Part shown: one piece after another, positions 53,634 through 64,000 of the stretch
Layout of the letters: each line of letters starts with the position of its first letter
How positions within the stretch are numbered: the stretch's first letter is position 1
Assembly (NCBI GenBank): GCA_963735595.1
Contig: CAVTLK010000005.1
Location: 704,001 to 768,000, forward strand
DNA: 64,000 bases
Reading direction: 5' to 3'
DNA from: an uncultured delta proteobacterium
Lineage (GTDB): Bacteria > Desulfobacterota > Zymogenia > Zymogenales > Zymogenaceae
Position numbers and translations under genes: made by a program
The notes under the pieces: model-generated
Database searches by the model: none
Seen by the model: only the letters and a program-made list of their open reading frames with translations
Told to the model about the DNA's origin: nothing

Positions 53634-54419
53634 TCAGCCGATGCGTTCGGCCGCACAATAGACATTCATCCGTGCCCCCCTGGTGTGAGCGATGAGGGTG
53701 AGATTGGCCTCTCGGGCAAGTCTGACGGCCTGATTGGTTGGCGCCCCCGGAGAGACGATAACGGGTATACGGCACCGAAGGACTTTGCCGAGTATCTCCG
53801 ACGAGATCCTTCCGCTGGTCAAGAGAAAGCACTCCGAAAACGAGACGCCCCGTTTGAGGGCGGCGCCCACGACTTTATCCACGGCGTTGTGCCTGCCGAT
53901 ATCGTCGGCGGTAATCACGCTGCCTGACGTATCGGCCAGGGCGGCGCTGTGGACTCCGCCGGTCTTCTTGTGCTCCTCGGAGGCGGAAAGGAGGTTTTTC
54001 ATGAGATCGAGTATGACAGGAGCCTTCACGGTAAATCCCGGCGGCAGCTTCACGCGGTTGATGAGGTCAAGGCTCGTGGAGAATACGATCCCCCTGCCGC
54101 AGCCGGAGGTATAGATCCGTTTAAATGCAAGCTCCTCCCCAAGACCTTCGGCCGTGACCCGGACGTCGGCCTTCCAGAGCCGGTCATCAATCGCTATGGA
54201 CTGTACCGCGGATGCGTCCGGTATGAGGCCGGTGGTAAACAGGAAACCGAGTACCAGGTCTTCAAGGCCGGTCGGGCTTGCCAGGAGCGTGGCGACCTCC
54301 CTGCCGTTTATCTCGACGGTCAGGGGGATCTCCTCGGTAACCCAATCATCCCGCAGCTCGGTACCGTCTCGCGTGACATACGTTATCTCAAATGATTCCA
54401 TGGTACCTTCGTTAAACAT
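53634..54419 (-). CDS. fdhD: Formate dehydrogenase accessory sulfurtransferase
   Basis: E.PL...NG, SGCG, TGGVH.AAL, DIGRHNAVDK, SGRIS. Confidence 0.9.
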   Translation of the reverse strand: MFNEGTMESFEITYVTRDGTELRDDWVTEEIPLTVEINGREVATLLASPTGLEDLVLGFLFTTGLIPDASAVQSIAIDDRLWKADVRVTAEGLGEELAFKRIYTSGCGRGIVFSTSLDLINRVKLPPGFTVKAPVILDLMKNLLSASEEHKKTGGVHSAALADTSGSVITADDIGRHNAVDKVVGAALKRGVSFSECFLLTSGRISSEILGKVLRCRIPVIVSPGAPTNQAVRLAREANLTLIAHTRGARMNVYCAAERIG

Positions 54420-55518
54420 CCTTTGTTTGGGGGAACGGATGAATGATTGTACAGTTGTCGTCTAAGACGCGCTGGATCATTCCCCCTCCGAGGACAACGT
54501 CGTCACGATAAAGGACGACGGCCTGCCCCGGGGTTATTGCCTCCTGTGGTTCGTCGAATATGACGGTCATCGTGTTTGTGCTATCGGTCATGATTCGGGC
54601 ATGCGCCTCCTTCCTGGTATATCTTATTTTTACGGTCGCGTGCTCCGGGATATCGTCGACGAGGGCGTTCACGCCCGAGCATACCAGCCCGCGTGCCTTG
54701 AGGTCGTCCTTTGTCCCCACGACGATCGTGTTGCTCCCGGGGTCTATTCTCGTTACATAGAGGGGCCTTTCGGCGGCTATCCCCAAACCCCCGCGTTGGC
54801 CGATCGTGTAATATGAAATACCCTTATGGGTGCCGATTACCCTGCCGCCGGTATCGATGATCGGCCCCGGCCTTATCTCCGGCGCGCGTGCGGCGACAAA
54901 CCGTCCGCAGTCACCATCCGGGACAAAACAGATGTCCTGGCTCTCGGCCTTTTCGGCCACCGGGAGGCCGGCCGTCTTGGCGATCGTGCGCACCTCGTCT
55001 TTTGTCAGGGACTGCAGCGGGAAAAGGATAGACCCGAGCGCGGCCCTCGAAATTCCGGCCAAGAAATAAGTCTGGTCCTTCTTCCGGTCTTTCGGCCGCG
55101 TTAGGAGATACGTCCCGTCCGTGTGCTTTATCCCGGCGTAGTGCCCCGTGGCCAGTCTCTCAAAGCCGAGGGTGAGGGCCCGGGACAACAGCGTATCGAA
55201 TTTCAGAAACCGGTTACAGTCGACACAGGGATTGGGGGTCCGTCCCGATCGATACTCGTTGACGAATTTATCGACGACCTTCGCTTCGAGTTCCCCGGCA
55301 AAATCAAGCACATAATGGGGTATAGAGAGCCTCTCGGCGACCCTCTTGGCATCCTGGACCGCGTCCGGCCCGCAGCAGCTGGCCCGGGTGGAGTCCGCAC
55401 TCTCGCTTACCCCGAGGCACATCGTTACTCCGGTCACGTCGTAACCGGCCCTCATCATGAGAAGCGCCGCAACCGACGAGTCTACCCCTCCGCTCATCGC
55501 TACAAGAACCCGATTCAT
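54412..55518 (-). CDS. mnmA: tRNA 2-thiouridine synthase
   Basis: AMSGGVDSS, TPNPC..CN, ATGHY, KDQ.YFL, ESQDICF, TPGQ. Confidence 0.95.
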   Translation of the reverse strand: MNRVLVAMSGGVDSSVAALLMMRAGYDVTGVTMCLGVSESADSTRASCCGPDAVQDAKRVAERLSIPHYVLDFAGELEAKVVDKFVNEYRSGRTPNPCVDCNRFLKFDTLLSRALTLGFERLATGHYAGIKHTDGTYLLTRPKDRKKDQTYFLAGISRAALGSILFPLQSLTKDEVRTIAKTAGLPVAEKAESQDICFVPDGDCGRFVAARAPEIRPGPIIDTGGRVIGTHKGISYYTIGQRGGLGIAAERPLYVTRIDPGSNTIVVGTKDDLKARGLVCSGVNALVDDIPEHATVKIRYTRKEAHARIMTDSTNTMTVIFDEPQEAITPGQAVVLYRDDVVLGGGMIQRVLDDNCTIIHPFPQTKDV

Positions 55519-55895
55519 GAAGTTTTCCGGTGCTCCCGATAATCGTCGACCGCCTTCTTGAGGGCATCGGCGGCCAGGACCGAGCAGTGCATCTTCTTGG
55601 CGGGTAAACCGTCGAGGGCCTCGGCGACGGCCTTGTTCGATATCTTAAGGGCGTCCTCGATTGTTTTCCCCTTGATCATCTCAGTGATCATGGAGCTGGT
55701 GGCGATGGCCGCGCCGCAGCCGAAGGTGCGGAATTTCACGTCGACGATCGTGTCGTCCTTCACCTTGATGAAGAGCTCCATGATATCGCCGCACATGGGG
55801 TTACCTTCCTTGCCTACGCCGTCGGCGTCGTCGATCACCCCGACGTTTCGGGGGTTTCTGAAATGGTCCATTACCTTATCGCTGTACGATTCCAT
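55515..55895 (-). CDS. iscU: Fe-S cluster scaffold protein
   Basis: YSDKVMDHF.NPRNVG, CGD, FGCG.AIA, KMHCS. Confidence 0.93.
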   Translation of the reverse strand: MESYSDKVMDHFRNPRNVGVIDDADGVGKEGNPMCGDIMELFIKVKDDTIVDVKFRTFGCGAAIATSSMITEMIKGKTIEDALKISNKAVAEALDGLPAKKMHCSVLAADALKKAVDDYREHRKTS

Positions 55896-57063
55896 GGCTT
55901 GTCCTCTCCGTATAGAGCGGTGACATCATGCGCAGTCTCGATACGATCCCGGGAAGCACTTCTATAACGCGCGCCGCATCCTCATCCGTCGTCCACCGGC
56001 CCAGGGAAAATCTGATTGACCCGTGGGCGACCTCGTGGGAAAGCCCGGTTGCCAGAAGCACGTGGGAAGGCTCCAACGTCGATGACGTGCATGCCGACCC
56101 GCTGGAGGCGGCAATCCCTTCCATATCTAATGACAGGAGTATTGACTCTCCCTCTATGAAATGAAAAGAGATATTGACGTTGTTGGGGAGCCTCAGAGTG
56201 GGATGGCCGTTGAGCGACGTGTCCTCTATGGAGCCTATGATTTCCTTGATCAGTCTATTCCGAATGGCGGCCTCTCGGGACGATTCCTCGGCCATCGTCT
56301 CGCAGGCGATTTTGGCCGCGGCCGCAGTCCCGACGATTCCAGGGGTGTTATGGGTTCCGGCGCGCCGCCGCCTCTCCTGGTCGCCTCCCGAGAGGAGCGA
56401 AATGAGCTTGGTGCCCTTACGGACATAGAGAAAGCCGGCACCCTTTGGTCCGTAGAATTTGTGGGACGAACTGGATAACAGGTCGACACCCAGATCGTTA
56501 ACGTTCACGGGGATATGCCCGAAGCTCTGCACGGCGTCGGTATGAAAGGTGATCCCGTGTTCCCGGGCGATCTTTCCGATCTCCGTGATCGGCTGGATCG
56601 TCCCGATCTCGTTATTCGCGTGCATGATCGAGATCAGGATCGTCTTTTCGGTTATCGCCTTTTTCACGTCGTCGGGATCGACCACGCCGTAGCGGTCTAC
56701 GGGAAGATACGTAGTGCGAAACCCCTCCTTCTTGAGGGCGGCGGCCGTTTCCGAAACGCTGTGATGCTCGACCGATGACGTGATGATGTGATTGCCCTTG
56801 TCCCGTTTAGCGAAGGCGATTCCCTTCAACGCCGTGTTGTTTGCCTCCGTTGCCCCCGAGACGAAAACGATCTCATCGGGCGCGGCGCCGATGAGGCCGG
56901 AAACGGTCTCACGGGCGGCTTCGATGGCACGCTTTGTCTCCTGACCGAACGAGTGGACGCTCGAGGGATTCCCGAAATTATCGGTGAAAAAGGGAATCAT
57001 CGCGTCAACTACCCGGGGGTCGGTGGGTGTGGTTGCCGCATAGTCGAGATATATATGTTTCAT
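55876..57063 (-). CDS. iscS: Cysteine desulfurase (IscS/NifS)
   Basis: YLDYAATTP, GNPSS, HTDAVQ, HKFYGPKG, SSGSACTS. Confidence 0.95.
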   Translation of the reverse strand: MKHIYLDYAATTPTDPRVVDAMIPFFTDNFGNPSSVHSFGQETKRAIEAARETVSGLIGAAPDEIVFVSGATEANNTALKGIAFAKRDKGNHIITSSVEHHSVSETAAALKKEGFRTTYLPVDRYGVVDPDDVKKAITEKTILISIMHANNEIGTIQPITEIGKIAREHGITFHTDAVQSFGHIPVNVNDLGVDLLSSSSHKFYGPKGAGFLYVRKGTKLISLLSGGDQERRRRAGTHNTPGIVGTAAAAKIACETMAEESSREAAIRNRLIKEIIGSIEDTSLNGHPTLRLPNNVNISFHFIEGESILLSLDMEGIAASSGSACTSSTLEPSHVLLATGLSHEVAHGSIRFSLGRWTTDEDAARVIEVLPGIVSRLRMMSPLYTERTSHGIVQR

Positions 57064-57132
57064 AGGTGACCTCGTTAATGTCGGATCGTTAAGAGGGGTG
57101 ACGGTTTTTTGGAGGCATTACCGCCCTGCTCG

Positions 57133-57573
57133 TTATATGGTGTAGGTTATGGTCTTGCCGGATTTATCCCTTTTCATCTCGATGAGCCGGTCAAGGCTTA
57201 CTGAATCGAGCGCGTGAGTAATCGTATCGCCGAGTGATGCCCAGACGTCCCGGGTAACGCATCCATCGGCCCGCGAGCACCGGCCGCTGTTGCCGATACA
57301 ATCGACCAGAGAGGGCCTCCCCTCGATCGCCTCCACGATCTGCTCCACGGTGATCTGTTTGGGAGGCCGTGCAAGGGCGTATCCGCCGTGGGCTCCGCGG
57401 GTGGAATTGACAAGCCCCTTGGTCCTGAGCGGTATGACGATCAGCGAGAGGTACTTCTCGGATATCTCCTCCCGGTGGGCGATGTCCTTGAGCAGCACCG
57501 GGCCCTTGCCCCAGCTCTCGGCAAGCGCCAGCATCAAACGCACACCATACCTGACCCGTGTTGATAATCTCAT
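57133..57573 (-). CDS. Rrf2-family regulator (IscR-like, three Cys)
   Basis: MRLSTR.RYG, IS.KYL, S.RG..GGY.LA, C.....C.....C. Confidence 0.9.
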   Translation of the reverse strand: MRLSTRVRYGVRLMLALAESWGKGPVLLKDIAHREEISEKYLSLIVIPLRTKGLVNSTRGAHGGYALARPPKQITVEQIVEAIEGRPSLVDCIGNSGRCSRADGCVTRDVWASLGDTITHALDSVSLDRLIEMKRDKSGKTITYTI

Positions 57574-57794
57574 AACCAACCTTATTACTACCAATCCAAT
57601 AGATATAGTAGTATAATACTCGTAATGAAACCGAATGTCAAGGGAAATGACCCGACTTTTTTCGAAGGATTTAGTTCCATTTGATGTTTGACAATGGTAG
57701 GAAAGCATATTAAATTAGTAGTAATTAGATTATCTGATTACGGCCCGGCGGAATTATCGTGAATTCCTGATCGGGGGCCGGTATGGAGGGGTCA

Positions 57795-59273
57795 ATGGCA
57801 TCGTTAACCAGGGAAATACGAGTAACCGGGATGCACTGCAAGAACTGCGAAAAGAGGGTTGCGGATACTCTTGGGGCTATGGACGGCGTCACCGCGGTAT
57901 CGGTCGGCTGGAAGACGGGCAGGGGGACGGTGACGTTTGATGATACTAAGGTAGGGCCGGGCCAGATCGTCGACAAGCTGGATTCGATCGGCTACCGTGC
58001 CGCCTTAATCGACAACGGACCCGAAGGCGCCGGCCCCGGCGCCCGACGCGTGTTTCCAAAGACCGCCGGTATTGTCTTTGCGGTAGTGGGTCTTGTCGTC
58101 GTTATGTATCTTATATTGAAACTATCCAGCATGGTGACGGTCCCCGACATCACCCCGACGATGGGGCTCGGGCTCCTGTTTGTTGTTGGCCTATTGACCG
58201 GCTTTCACTGCGTGGGGATGTGCGGAGGTTTCGTTGTCGGGTATACGACAAAGGCAACGGCACAAGGAGTAAGCCCCACCCTATCGCACCTCCAGTACGG
58301 CACCGGGAAACTCCTCTCTTACACCGTCATGGGGGCGGCCTTTGGTCTCCTGGGCTCATTCGTCACCTTTACGCCACTCATGCGCGGGGCGGTGGGAATT
58401 CTAGCGGGGATATTCCTGTTGATCTACGGCCTCTCGATGCTCGGGGTCTTCTCGTGGACGAAATCGATCAGGATCGCGTCACCCGCGTTCCTGGACCGAT
58501 TCGTTAACCGACAATCGACCAGGTCCAGGAGTCCCCTCGTAATCGGACTCTTGAACGGGTTGATGATTGCCTGCGGGCCGCTCCAGGCGATATATGTCAT
58601 GGCGGCCGGGACCGGCAGTGCCGTCGAAGGGGCAAAATCGCTCTTCGTCTTCGGGGCGGGCACACTTCCGGTCATGCTCGGGTTCGGAGTGGTGACCGGC
58701 GTTGTCTCGGGCCGTGCAACGAAAAAGATCCTCTTTGTCTCCGGTATCATCGTCATGATCCTGGGTGTCATCATGATCAACCGGGGGCTCGCCCTGTCGG
58801 GAACGGGTCTGGATGCCTCATCGCTGGCGGTTTCAGGGGCCGCATCGGAAGTCAAGGGGGCCGGCGTCGAGATGAAGGACGGGTACCAGATCATACGGAT
58901 GGACGTGACACGCTACGGATGGGAGCCGGATCGGTTTATCCTGAAAAAAGGCGTTCCGGTCAGGTGGATAATCACGGGAAAGGAGATCGACTCCTGCAAC
59001 AACGCGATTGTTGTCCCGGATCTTGGATTGAACTTTCCGGTGAAGTCCGGAGAGCAGGTCATCGAGTTCACGCCGACAAAGGAGGGGCCGATATCGTGGA
59101 GCTGTTGGATGGGGATGATCCCGGGAACCTTCCTGGTGAAGAACGAGGTCGATCTCTCGGATAAAGAGACCATTGATAAGGAGTTGAATAAATACTCCCC
59201 CCCGGCGGGCGGCTCGTGCCGAATGGGAGGACTTTCCGGGAGCGGGTGCTGCGGGGGCGGGATAAGGCGCTGA
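57795..59273 (+). CDS. HMA + DsbD_2/TauE-like membrane domain + cupredoxin protein
   Basis: GMHCKNC, HC.GMCG, ACGPLQ, SCWMGM; RBS before ATG near 57796. Confidence 0.8.
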   Translation: MASLTREIRVTGMHCKNCEKRVADTLGAMDGVTAVSVGWKTGRGTVTFDDTKVGPGQIVDKLDSIGYRAALIDNGPEGAGPGARRVFPKTAGIVFAVVGLVVVMYLILKLSSMVTVPDITPTMGLGLLFVVGLLTGFHCVGMCGGFVVGYTTKATAQGVSPTLSHLQYGTGKLLSYTVMGAAFGLLGSFVTFTPLMRGAVGILAGIFLLIYGLSMLGVFSWTKSIRIASPAFLDRFVNRQSTRSRSPLVIGLLNGLMIACGPLQAIYVMAAGTGSAVEGAKSLFVFGAGTLPVMLGFGVVTGVVSGRATKKILFVSGIIVMILGVIMINRGLALSGTGLDASSLAVSGAASEVKGAGVEMKDGYQIIRMDVTRYGWEPDRFILKKGVPVRWIITGKEIDSCNNAIVVPDLGLNFPVKSGEQVIEFTPTKEGPISWSCWMGMIPGTFLVKNEVDLSDKETIDKELNKYSPPAGGSCRMGGLSGSGCCGGGIRR

Positions 59274-59311
59274 TTCATCGACCTTCCGTTGAATTGTAGA
59301 TAGGTGGTACT

Positions 59312-60103
59312 ATGAATGTGATCGTTGATATTATCAAGAAGCAAAAGGTTTCGATAGCCTTTACGGCGGTTGTCCTGTTTGTCGTTTCCTTCTCTTATTT
59401 TGTCTGGGGCACTCCCTATCCGGGGATGCTGTACGTCTATCGGGATATAACCGTGTATAGGGATATGCAGATCAAGGCGAACTACAAGGACGGGGCGCTC
59501 AAGGTTTTTGCCCTGGCCAATCCCGCCGCCCTCTCGGCCTATCGCGTCTCGGAGGGAGACTCCGTGCCGGGCGAAAACACGCTTGTCATCGGGGGCGCAG
59601 AGGCCGCCATGATGCGGCGAGAGGGTCTCTTCAAAAGACAGGGGGACACGATTACGGGTCTCTTTGGGATCGATCCCGTTATCGGCGGTGTGCTCAAGAG
59701 GACCTTCGGGCTCATGGATGATATGCATTTTGTCTCGAAGTCCGAATACGAGAAAATAGAGGGAGAACAGGACCGGCTCTTCATCGCAATTAAGGATAAC
59801 AAATCTCCAAAGCTCTTTTTTGTCCTCGCCGAGGGGGGAGATCCCCCGATAGCGCTCCCGTTTGCGGAAGGATCGCTTTCCGACTATTCCGTCCGGGAAA
59901 TAGGGGGGAAACGATACTACCCCGTCATACTCGGCGCCGACGAGGCTGCCATGATGAAGTTTGAGCGGCTCATCGCTCAATCGGGGGACACGTTGGACGG
60001 GTTCTTCGGAAACGATGTATTCATCGCCGGGGTGCTTAAGAAGACGAACACGATAATCGATATGGCACACATTAGTCCTCTGGCTCCGGCTGATATCAGA
60101 TAA
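59312..60103 (+). CDS. Membrane-anchored hypothetical protein with internal duplication
   Basis: Two copies of ..G..EAAMM..E.L....GDT..G.FG....I.GVLK.T....D..H. Confidence 0.6.
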   Translation: MNVIVDIIKKQKVSIAFTAVVLFVVSFSYFVWGTPYPGMLYVYRDITVYRDMQIKANYKDGALKVFALANPAALSAYRVSEGDSVPGENTLVIGGAEAAMMRREGLFKRQGDTITGLFGIDPVIGGVLKRTFGLMDDMHFVSKSEYEKIEGEQDRLFIAIKDNKSPKLFFVLAEGGDPPIALPFAEGSLSDYSVREIGGKRYYPVILGADEAAMMKFERLIAQSGDTLDGFFGNDVFIAGVLKKTNTIIDMAHISPLAPADIR

Positions 60104-60124
60104 AGACACGAGGAGATCGGGAAG

Positions 60125-62303
60125 ATGGAAAAGACGGTTCTCACCATAACGGGCATGACCTGCGCTAACTGCGTTGCCACCGTTACCAAGGCCCTCTCGA
60201 AGACCGAGGGGGTGAGCGAGGCCAGCGTCAACTTTGTGACGGAAAAGGCGACGGTCGCCTTCGATGAAACGAAGATCACGACCGATAGACTGATCTCTAT
60301 CGTTCAGGACAGGGGATACGGGGCGGCGCTTTATAACCCGGGGGCCGATCTGGCCGAACAAGAAGCGGCGCAAAGACATGAAATTGCCGAGATCAGGAAC
60401 CTCTTTCTGTTTAGCCTGCTTCTGGCGGTCCCGTCGTTTATCATCTCTATGGTCCTCATGTGGGCGGGAGTCATGATCCCCTACAAGGACTTTATCCTCT
60501 GGGTCCTGGCCACGCCGGTACAGTTTATCGTCGGCGCCCGATTCTACCGGGGGATGTGGGGAGCCCTCAAGAATAAGACCGCCAATATGGATACGCTGAT
60601 CGCCACCGGCACCAGCGCGGCCTACTTCTACAGCCTCTGGGTGCTGTTGTTCGATCCGCTGTCTCATCAGTATTTCGAGACGTCCACGATCCTCATTACG
60701 TTCGTCATCCTCGGTAAATACCTCGAGGCCGCCGCCAAGGGCAGGACGTCGGAGGCGATAAAGAAGCTGATGGAGCTCTCCCCGAAGATCGCCGCCGTCC
60801 TTCGGGACGGCACAGAGATCAAAATCCCCATTGAACAGGTCCGCGTGGGGGATCAGATCATCGTGCGGCCCGGCGAGTCCGTCCCCGTGGACGGTGCGAT
60901 CGTCTCCGGAGGAGTCGGCGGTCGACGAGAGCATGATTACCGGCGAGAGCATCCCGGTGGATAAGACGGTAGGGGATATCGTCATCGGGGGGACGATGAA
61001 CAGGAGCGGGTCCTTCACCTTTACCGCCGGTAAGGTCGGTGGTGACACGACGCTGGCCCGGATCATCCGGCTCATCGAAGACGCCCAGACCGCCAAGGCG
61101 CCGATCCAGCGATTCGCCGACGTGGTGTCGGCCTATTTTGTGCCGGCGGTCATTGGTGCTGCGATCCTGACGTTTCTGGTCTGGTATCTCGTGGTGGGCC
61201 GTGAGTTCTGCGTTTGCCCTTATGGCGGCCATCGCGGTGCTGGTCATCTCGTGCCCCTGCGCGCTGGGCCTTGCCACCCCCACCGCCATCATGGTCGGTA
61301 CCGGGCGGGGAGCCCGGGAGGGGATCCTCATCAAGGGGGGAGACGTCCTGGAGACCGTGCATAAATTGAAATATATCGTTTTCGACAAGACCGGCACGAT
61401 CACAACGGGCAAGCCCGCCGTTACCGATATTATCTCCCGTCGACTCCCTGTCGGACGGCCAGGTGCTGTCTCTTGCGGCCTCTCTCGAAGCACAATTCGG
61501 AACACCCGTTAGCCGAGCCGATCGTGGCGCTGGCAAAAGAGCGGGGGATGCAGGATCGATCGGCGTCACGGATTTTGCCGCGGTGGCCGGCGCGGGAGTT
61601 ACCGGGAAGATCAACGGGAAGACGTATCGGCTGGGCAACGTCAGGCTCATGGAGCAACAGCGCGTCAACCTGTCGCCGGTTTCCGAAAGGATCTCCGCAC
61701 TTGAGCGCGAGGGCAAAGACGGCCATGGTGCTGGCCGAGAGCGGCCGTGTGCAGGGGATCGTCGCGGTGGCAGATACCATAAAAGAAACCTCTCACGCCG
61801 CAGTGTCGACCCTCAGGAAGATGGGAATAGAGACCTACCTGATGACCGGCGACAATGAAGCGACCGCCAAAGCCATCGCCAAACAGGCTGGCATCAATCA
61901 CGTCTTTGCCGGGGTGTTGCCGGCCGACAAGGCCGCCTACGTGGCCGGGCTTCAGAAGAAAGGGACGGTGGCGATGGTCGGCGACGGGATCAACGACGCC
62001 CCGGCGCTGGCCCAGGCCGATATCGGGATTGCCATGCGCAGCGGCACCGACGTTGCAATGGAGGCCGGAAATATCGTGATTATGAAAAATGAGCTTGCCG
62101 ATATCCCGCGCTCTATCCGGCTTTCCCAGGCCACGATGTCCAAGATCAGGCAGAACATGTTCTGGGCGCTTATCTACAACACCATCGGCATCCCGATCGC
62201 GGCGCTGGGTCTGCTCAACCCGATCATCGCCGGCGGGGCGATGGCCATGAGTTCGGTGTCGGTGGTGACCAATTCGCTGCTATTGAAATTCAAAAAATTA
62301 TGA
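60125..62303 (+). CDS. copA: Copper-translocating P1B-type ATPase (several frameshifts)
   Basis: [41 protein letters not shown]..., MAMSS. Confidence 0.9.
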
Positions 62304-62311
62304 GGCGGGTT

Positions 62312-62758
62312 ATGAAACGACGTGCTTTTTCGATAGTCGTGATACTGATCTCCCTTCTCTTTTCGGTTGCGGGCACGTCCCGGGCGGCCACAAAGACGGT
62401 AACGGCCGATGCGGCCGGCGCCGTAACCGTACCGGTTTCGGACGTTTCCACGACGGCACGCTACTACGAGTTCTCAGACGGCGCGACCACAATACGGTTT
62501 TTCGCGGTACTGGGCGCCGATAAAAAACCGCGTGTCGCCTTTGACGCCTGCGAGGTCTGCGGCGGGAAGCTCGGATATGAGCAGCGGGGGACCGATATCC
62601 AGTGCCGTGCGTGCGGGAGGGTCTTTCGGATCGACGATGTCGGGACAAAAAACCGCACCTCCGGCTGCTGGCCGTCGTATTTACCCCACAGCGTAAAAGG
62701 TGCGAACATCGTGATCAAGGCCGACGATCTTATCAGGGGAAAGGCCCTCTTCCGGTAG
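62312..62758 (+). CDS. DUF2318 / Fe-S-containing exported protein
   Basis: AFDAC.VC...GY.Q.G...C..CG..F...GC.P. Confidence 0.75.
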   Translation: MKRRAFSIVVILISLLFSVAGTSRAATKTVTADAAGAVTVPVSDVSTTARYYEFSDGATTIRFFAVLGADKKPRVAFDACEVCGGKLGYEQRGTDIQCRACGRVFRIDDVGTKNRTSGCWPSYLPHSVKGANIVIKADDLIRGKALFR

Positions 62759-62951
62759 GGGCGTCCCGCCTTACCGTGACTCCGAGCTGCTTTTGCGCGG
62801 TCGGTGTTCGCCCGCGTCCGCTTTCGGATCGTGTAACGGCTGCCTCATTAATGGCTTGTCAAATAGTGGGGACATGCTACAATGCGGCTGTCGGCCTTCC
62901 ATTCAGATGCGCCGGAGGTTTTACGCCCGTAGTCTCCGAACGAGTCGGGTA

Positions 62952-64000
62952 ATGAATTCAATCCAGAGGGTCAAGGCAGCGATCCATTTTACGGGGCCCG
63001 ACCGCGTCCCGGTTTTTATACCGGGGCTTGCGGACGTGGCCCCGCTTGTGCCGCTTCCGCCGAAGAAATGGCGGCCGGGTTACGCCGAGGACGAAGAAGG
63101 GCTCTTCCCGTACATCGGCGATGACCTGTTCGTCCGGTTCGGGCTCTGGCGGTGGAAGCGGCCGAAATGGGCGAAGGCTCCCCGCTTCACAAACTGGATG
63201 TCGATATTCCGGGAGGAAATTGACGAGTGGGGCGTAATCTGGGGGCGGGACGGAAAGGCCGCCTCCATCGGCCATCCTATCAGGCCCGCCCTGGCGGACT
63301 GGTCCCGGTATGACGAGTACGTCGCCCGATACGATCCAGATCCGGCCGATCGGTCCCGCTATCGGTTTTTCGCCGCTGCCTCCAGGATACTTGCCCGGCG
63401 GCGCTATCGAATGGCGATCCTCGATAACCTCGGCCCGTTTTCGCTGGCCTCCAATATCCGGGGATTCAACGATTTTTTGATCGACCACAGGAAAAATCCG
63501 CAACAGCTCAGGCGGCTGCTTGGCCGTCTTACTCGTTATTACTGCGCGGCCATCGACGCGTGGGTGGCAAGCGGCGCCGCTCCCCACGGTTTTTTGATCT
63601 ACGATGACCTGGCCGACCAGCAGCGGCCCTTCATGAACCCCGCTCTCTTTGCCGAGTTCTACGAGCCGGTCTTCCAGCCCATCATCGAGCACGCTCACCG
63701 GCTTGGATGTGAAGTCCATCTTCACTCCTGCGGAAATATCGATTCGCTGATACCGTTACTTATCGAGTGGGGCCTGGATGCCCTCGAGCTCGACTCACCC
63801 CGCATGACCGGTTATCAGAACCTTGCCCCGTTCCGAGGCATGATCATGATGTGGGGGTGCGTTAATATCCAGACAATCTACCCCCGGGGCACACCGGAGG
63901 AATGCGAGCGCGAGGTGTGGCACATGGTCAGAAACCTCGGTACGAAGGAAGGCGGGTTTGGCGCCTATTTTTATCCCCAGCCGAACCACATCGGCGTGAG
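62952..64000 (+). CDS. Uroporphyrinogen decarboxylase / MtaA-CmuA family protein (3' truncated)
   Basis: RV.AAIHF.GPDRVP, DEWG..W, DDLA.Q, HSCG, GT.EE; open to the window end. Confidence 0.8.
   Translation, partial: MNSIQRVKAAIHFTGPDRVPVFIPGLADVAPLVPLPPKKWRPGYAEDEEGLFPYIGDDLFVRFGLWRWKRPKWAKAPRFTNWMSIFREEIDEWGVIWGRDGKAASIGHPIRPALADWSRYDEYVARYDPDPADRSRYRFFAAASRILARRRYRMAILDNLGPFSLASNIRGFNDFLIDHRKNPQQLRRLLGRLTRYYCAAIDAWVASGAAPHGFLIYDDLADQQRPFMNPALFAEFYEPVFQPIIEHAHRLGCEVHLHSCGNIDSLIPLLIEWGLDALELDSPRMTGYQNLAPFRGMIMMWGCVNIQTIYPRGTPEECEREVWHMVRNLGTKEGGFGAYFYPQPNHIGV

Noticed and set aside
58913..61096. 727-aa minus-strand ORF and other long antisense ORFs (for example 51031-52428 and 8767-9888)
   Set aside because: Shadow frames of well-supported genes on the opposite strand in GC-rich DNA.

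Overview
Bacterial chromosomal window; the gene content suggests a Desulfobacterota/'deltaproteobacteria'-like host, which is inference. It carries housekeeping genes (gpsA end, acyl-CoA synthetase, gltX, purF, purB, corA, plsC), an Rrf2-iscS-iscU-mnmA-fdhD-metY-cysK-metX-metW sulfur cluster and a copper ATPase cluster. Interleaved with these host genes is a siphovirus-like virion gene set split into separate modules: packaging (6.7-9.9 kb: sigma-region-4 HTH, hidden TerS-like ORF, TerL, portal), a lambda-like XRE/sigma-4 switch (24.8-25.8 kb), head (28.9-31.6 kb) and tail plus lysis (34.0-43.6 kb). No integrase, replication genes or tape measure gene were recognised. All three structural modules are preceded by the same promoter architecture, TCATATT(C/A)TnnAT-- plus 17 bp plus a TAnAAT/CATAAT -10 box. 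The best interpretation is a domesticated, distributed and co-regulated gene-transfer-agent/PBSX-like system. Many genes, including essential gltX, carry single-base insertions that are probably long-read consensus errors, so pseudogene calls are unsafe. All annotation is by eye; no database searches were run.
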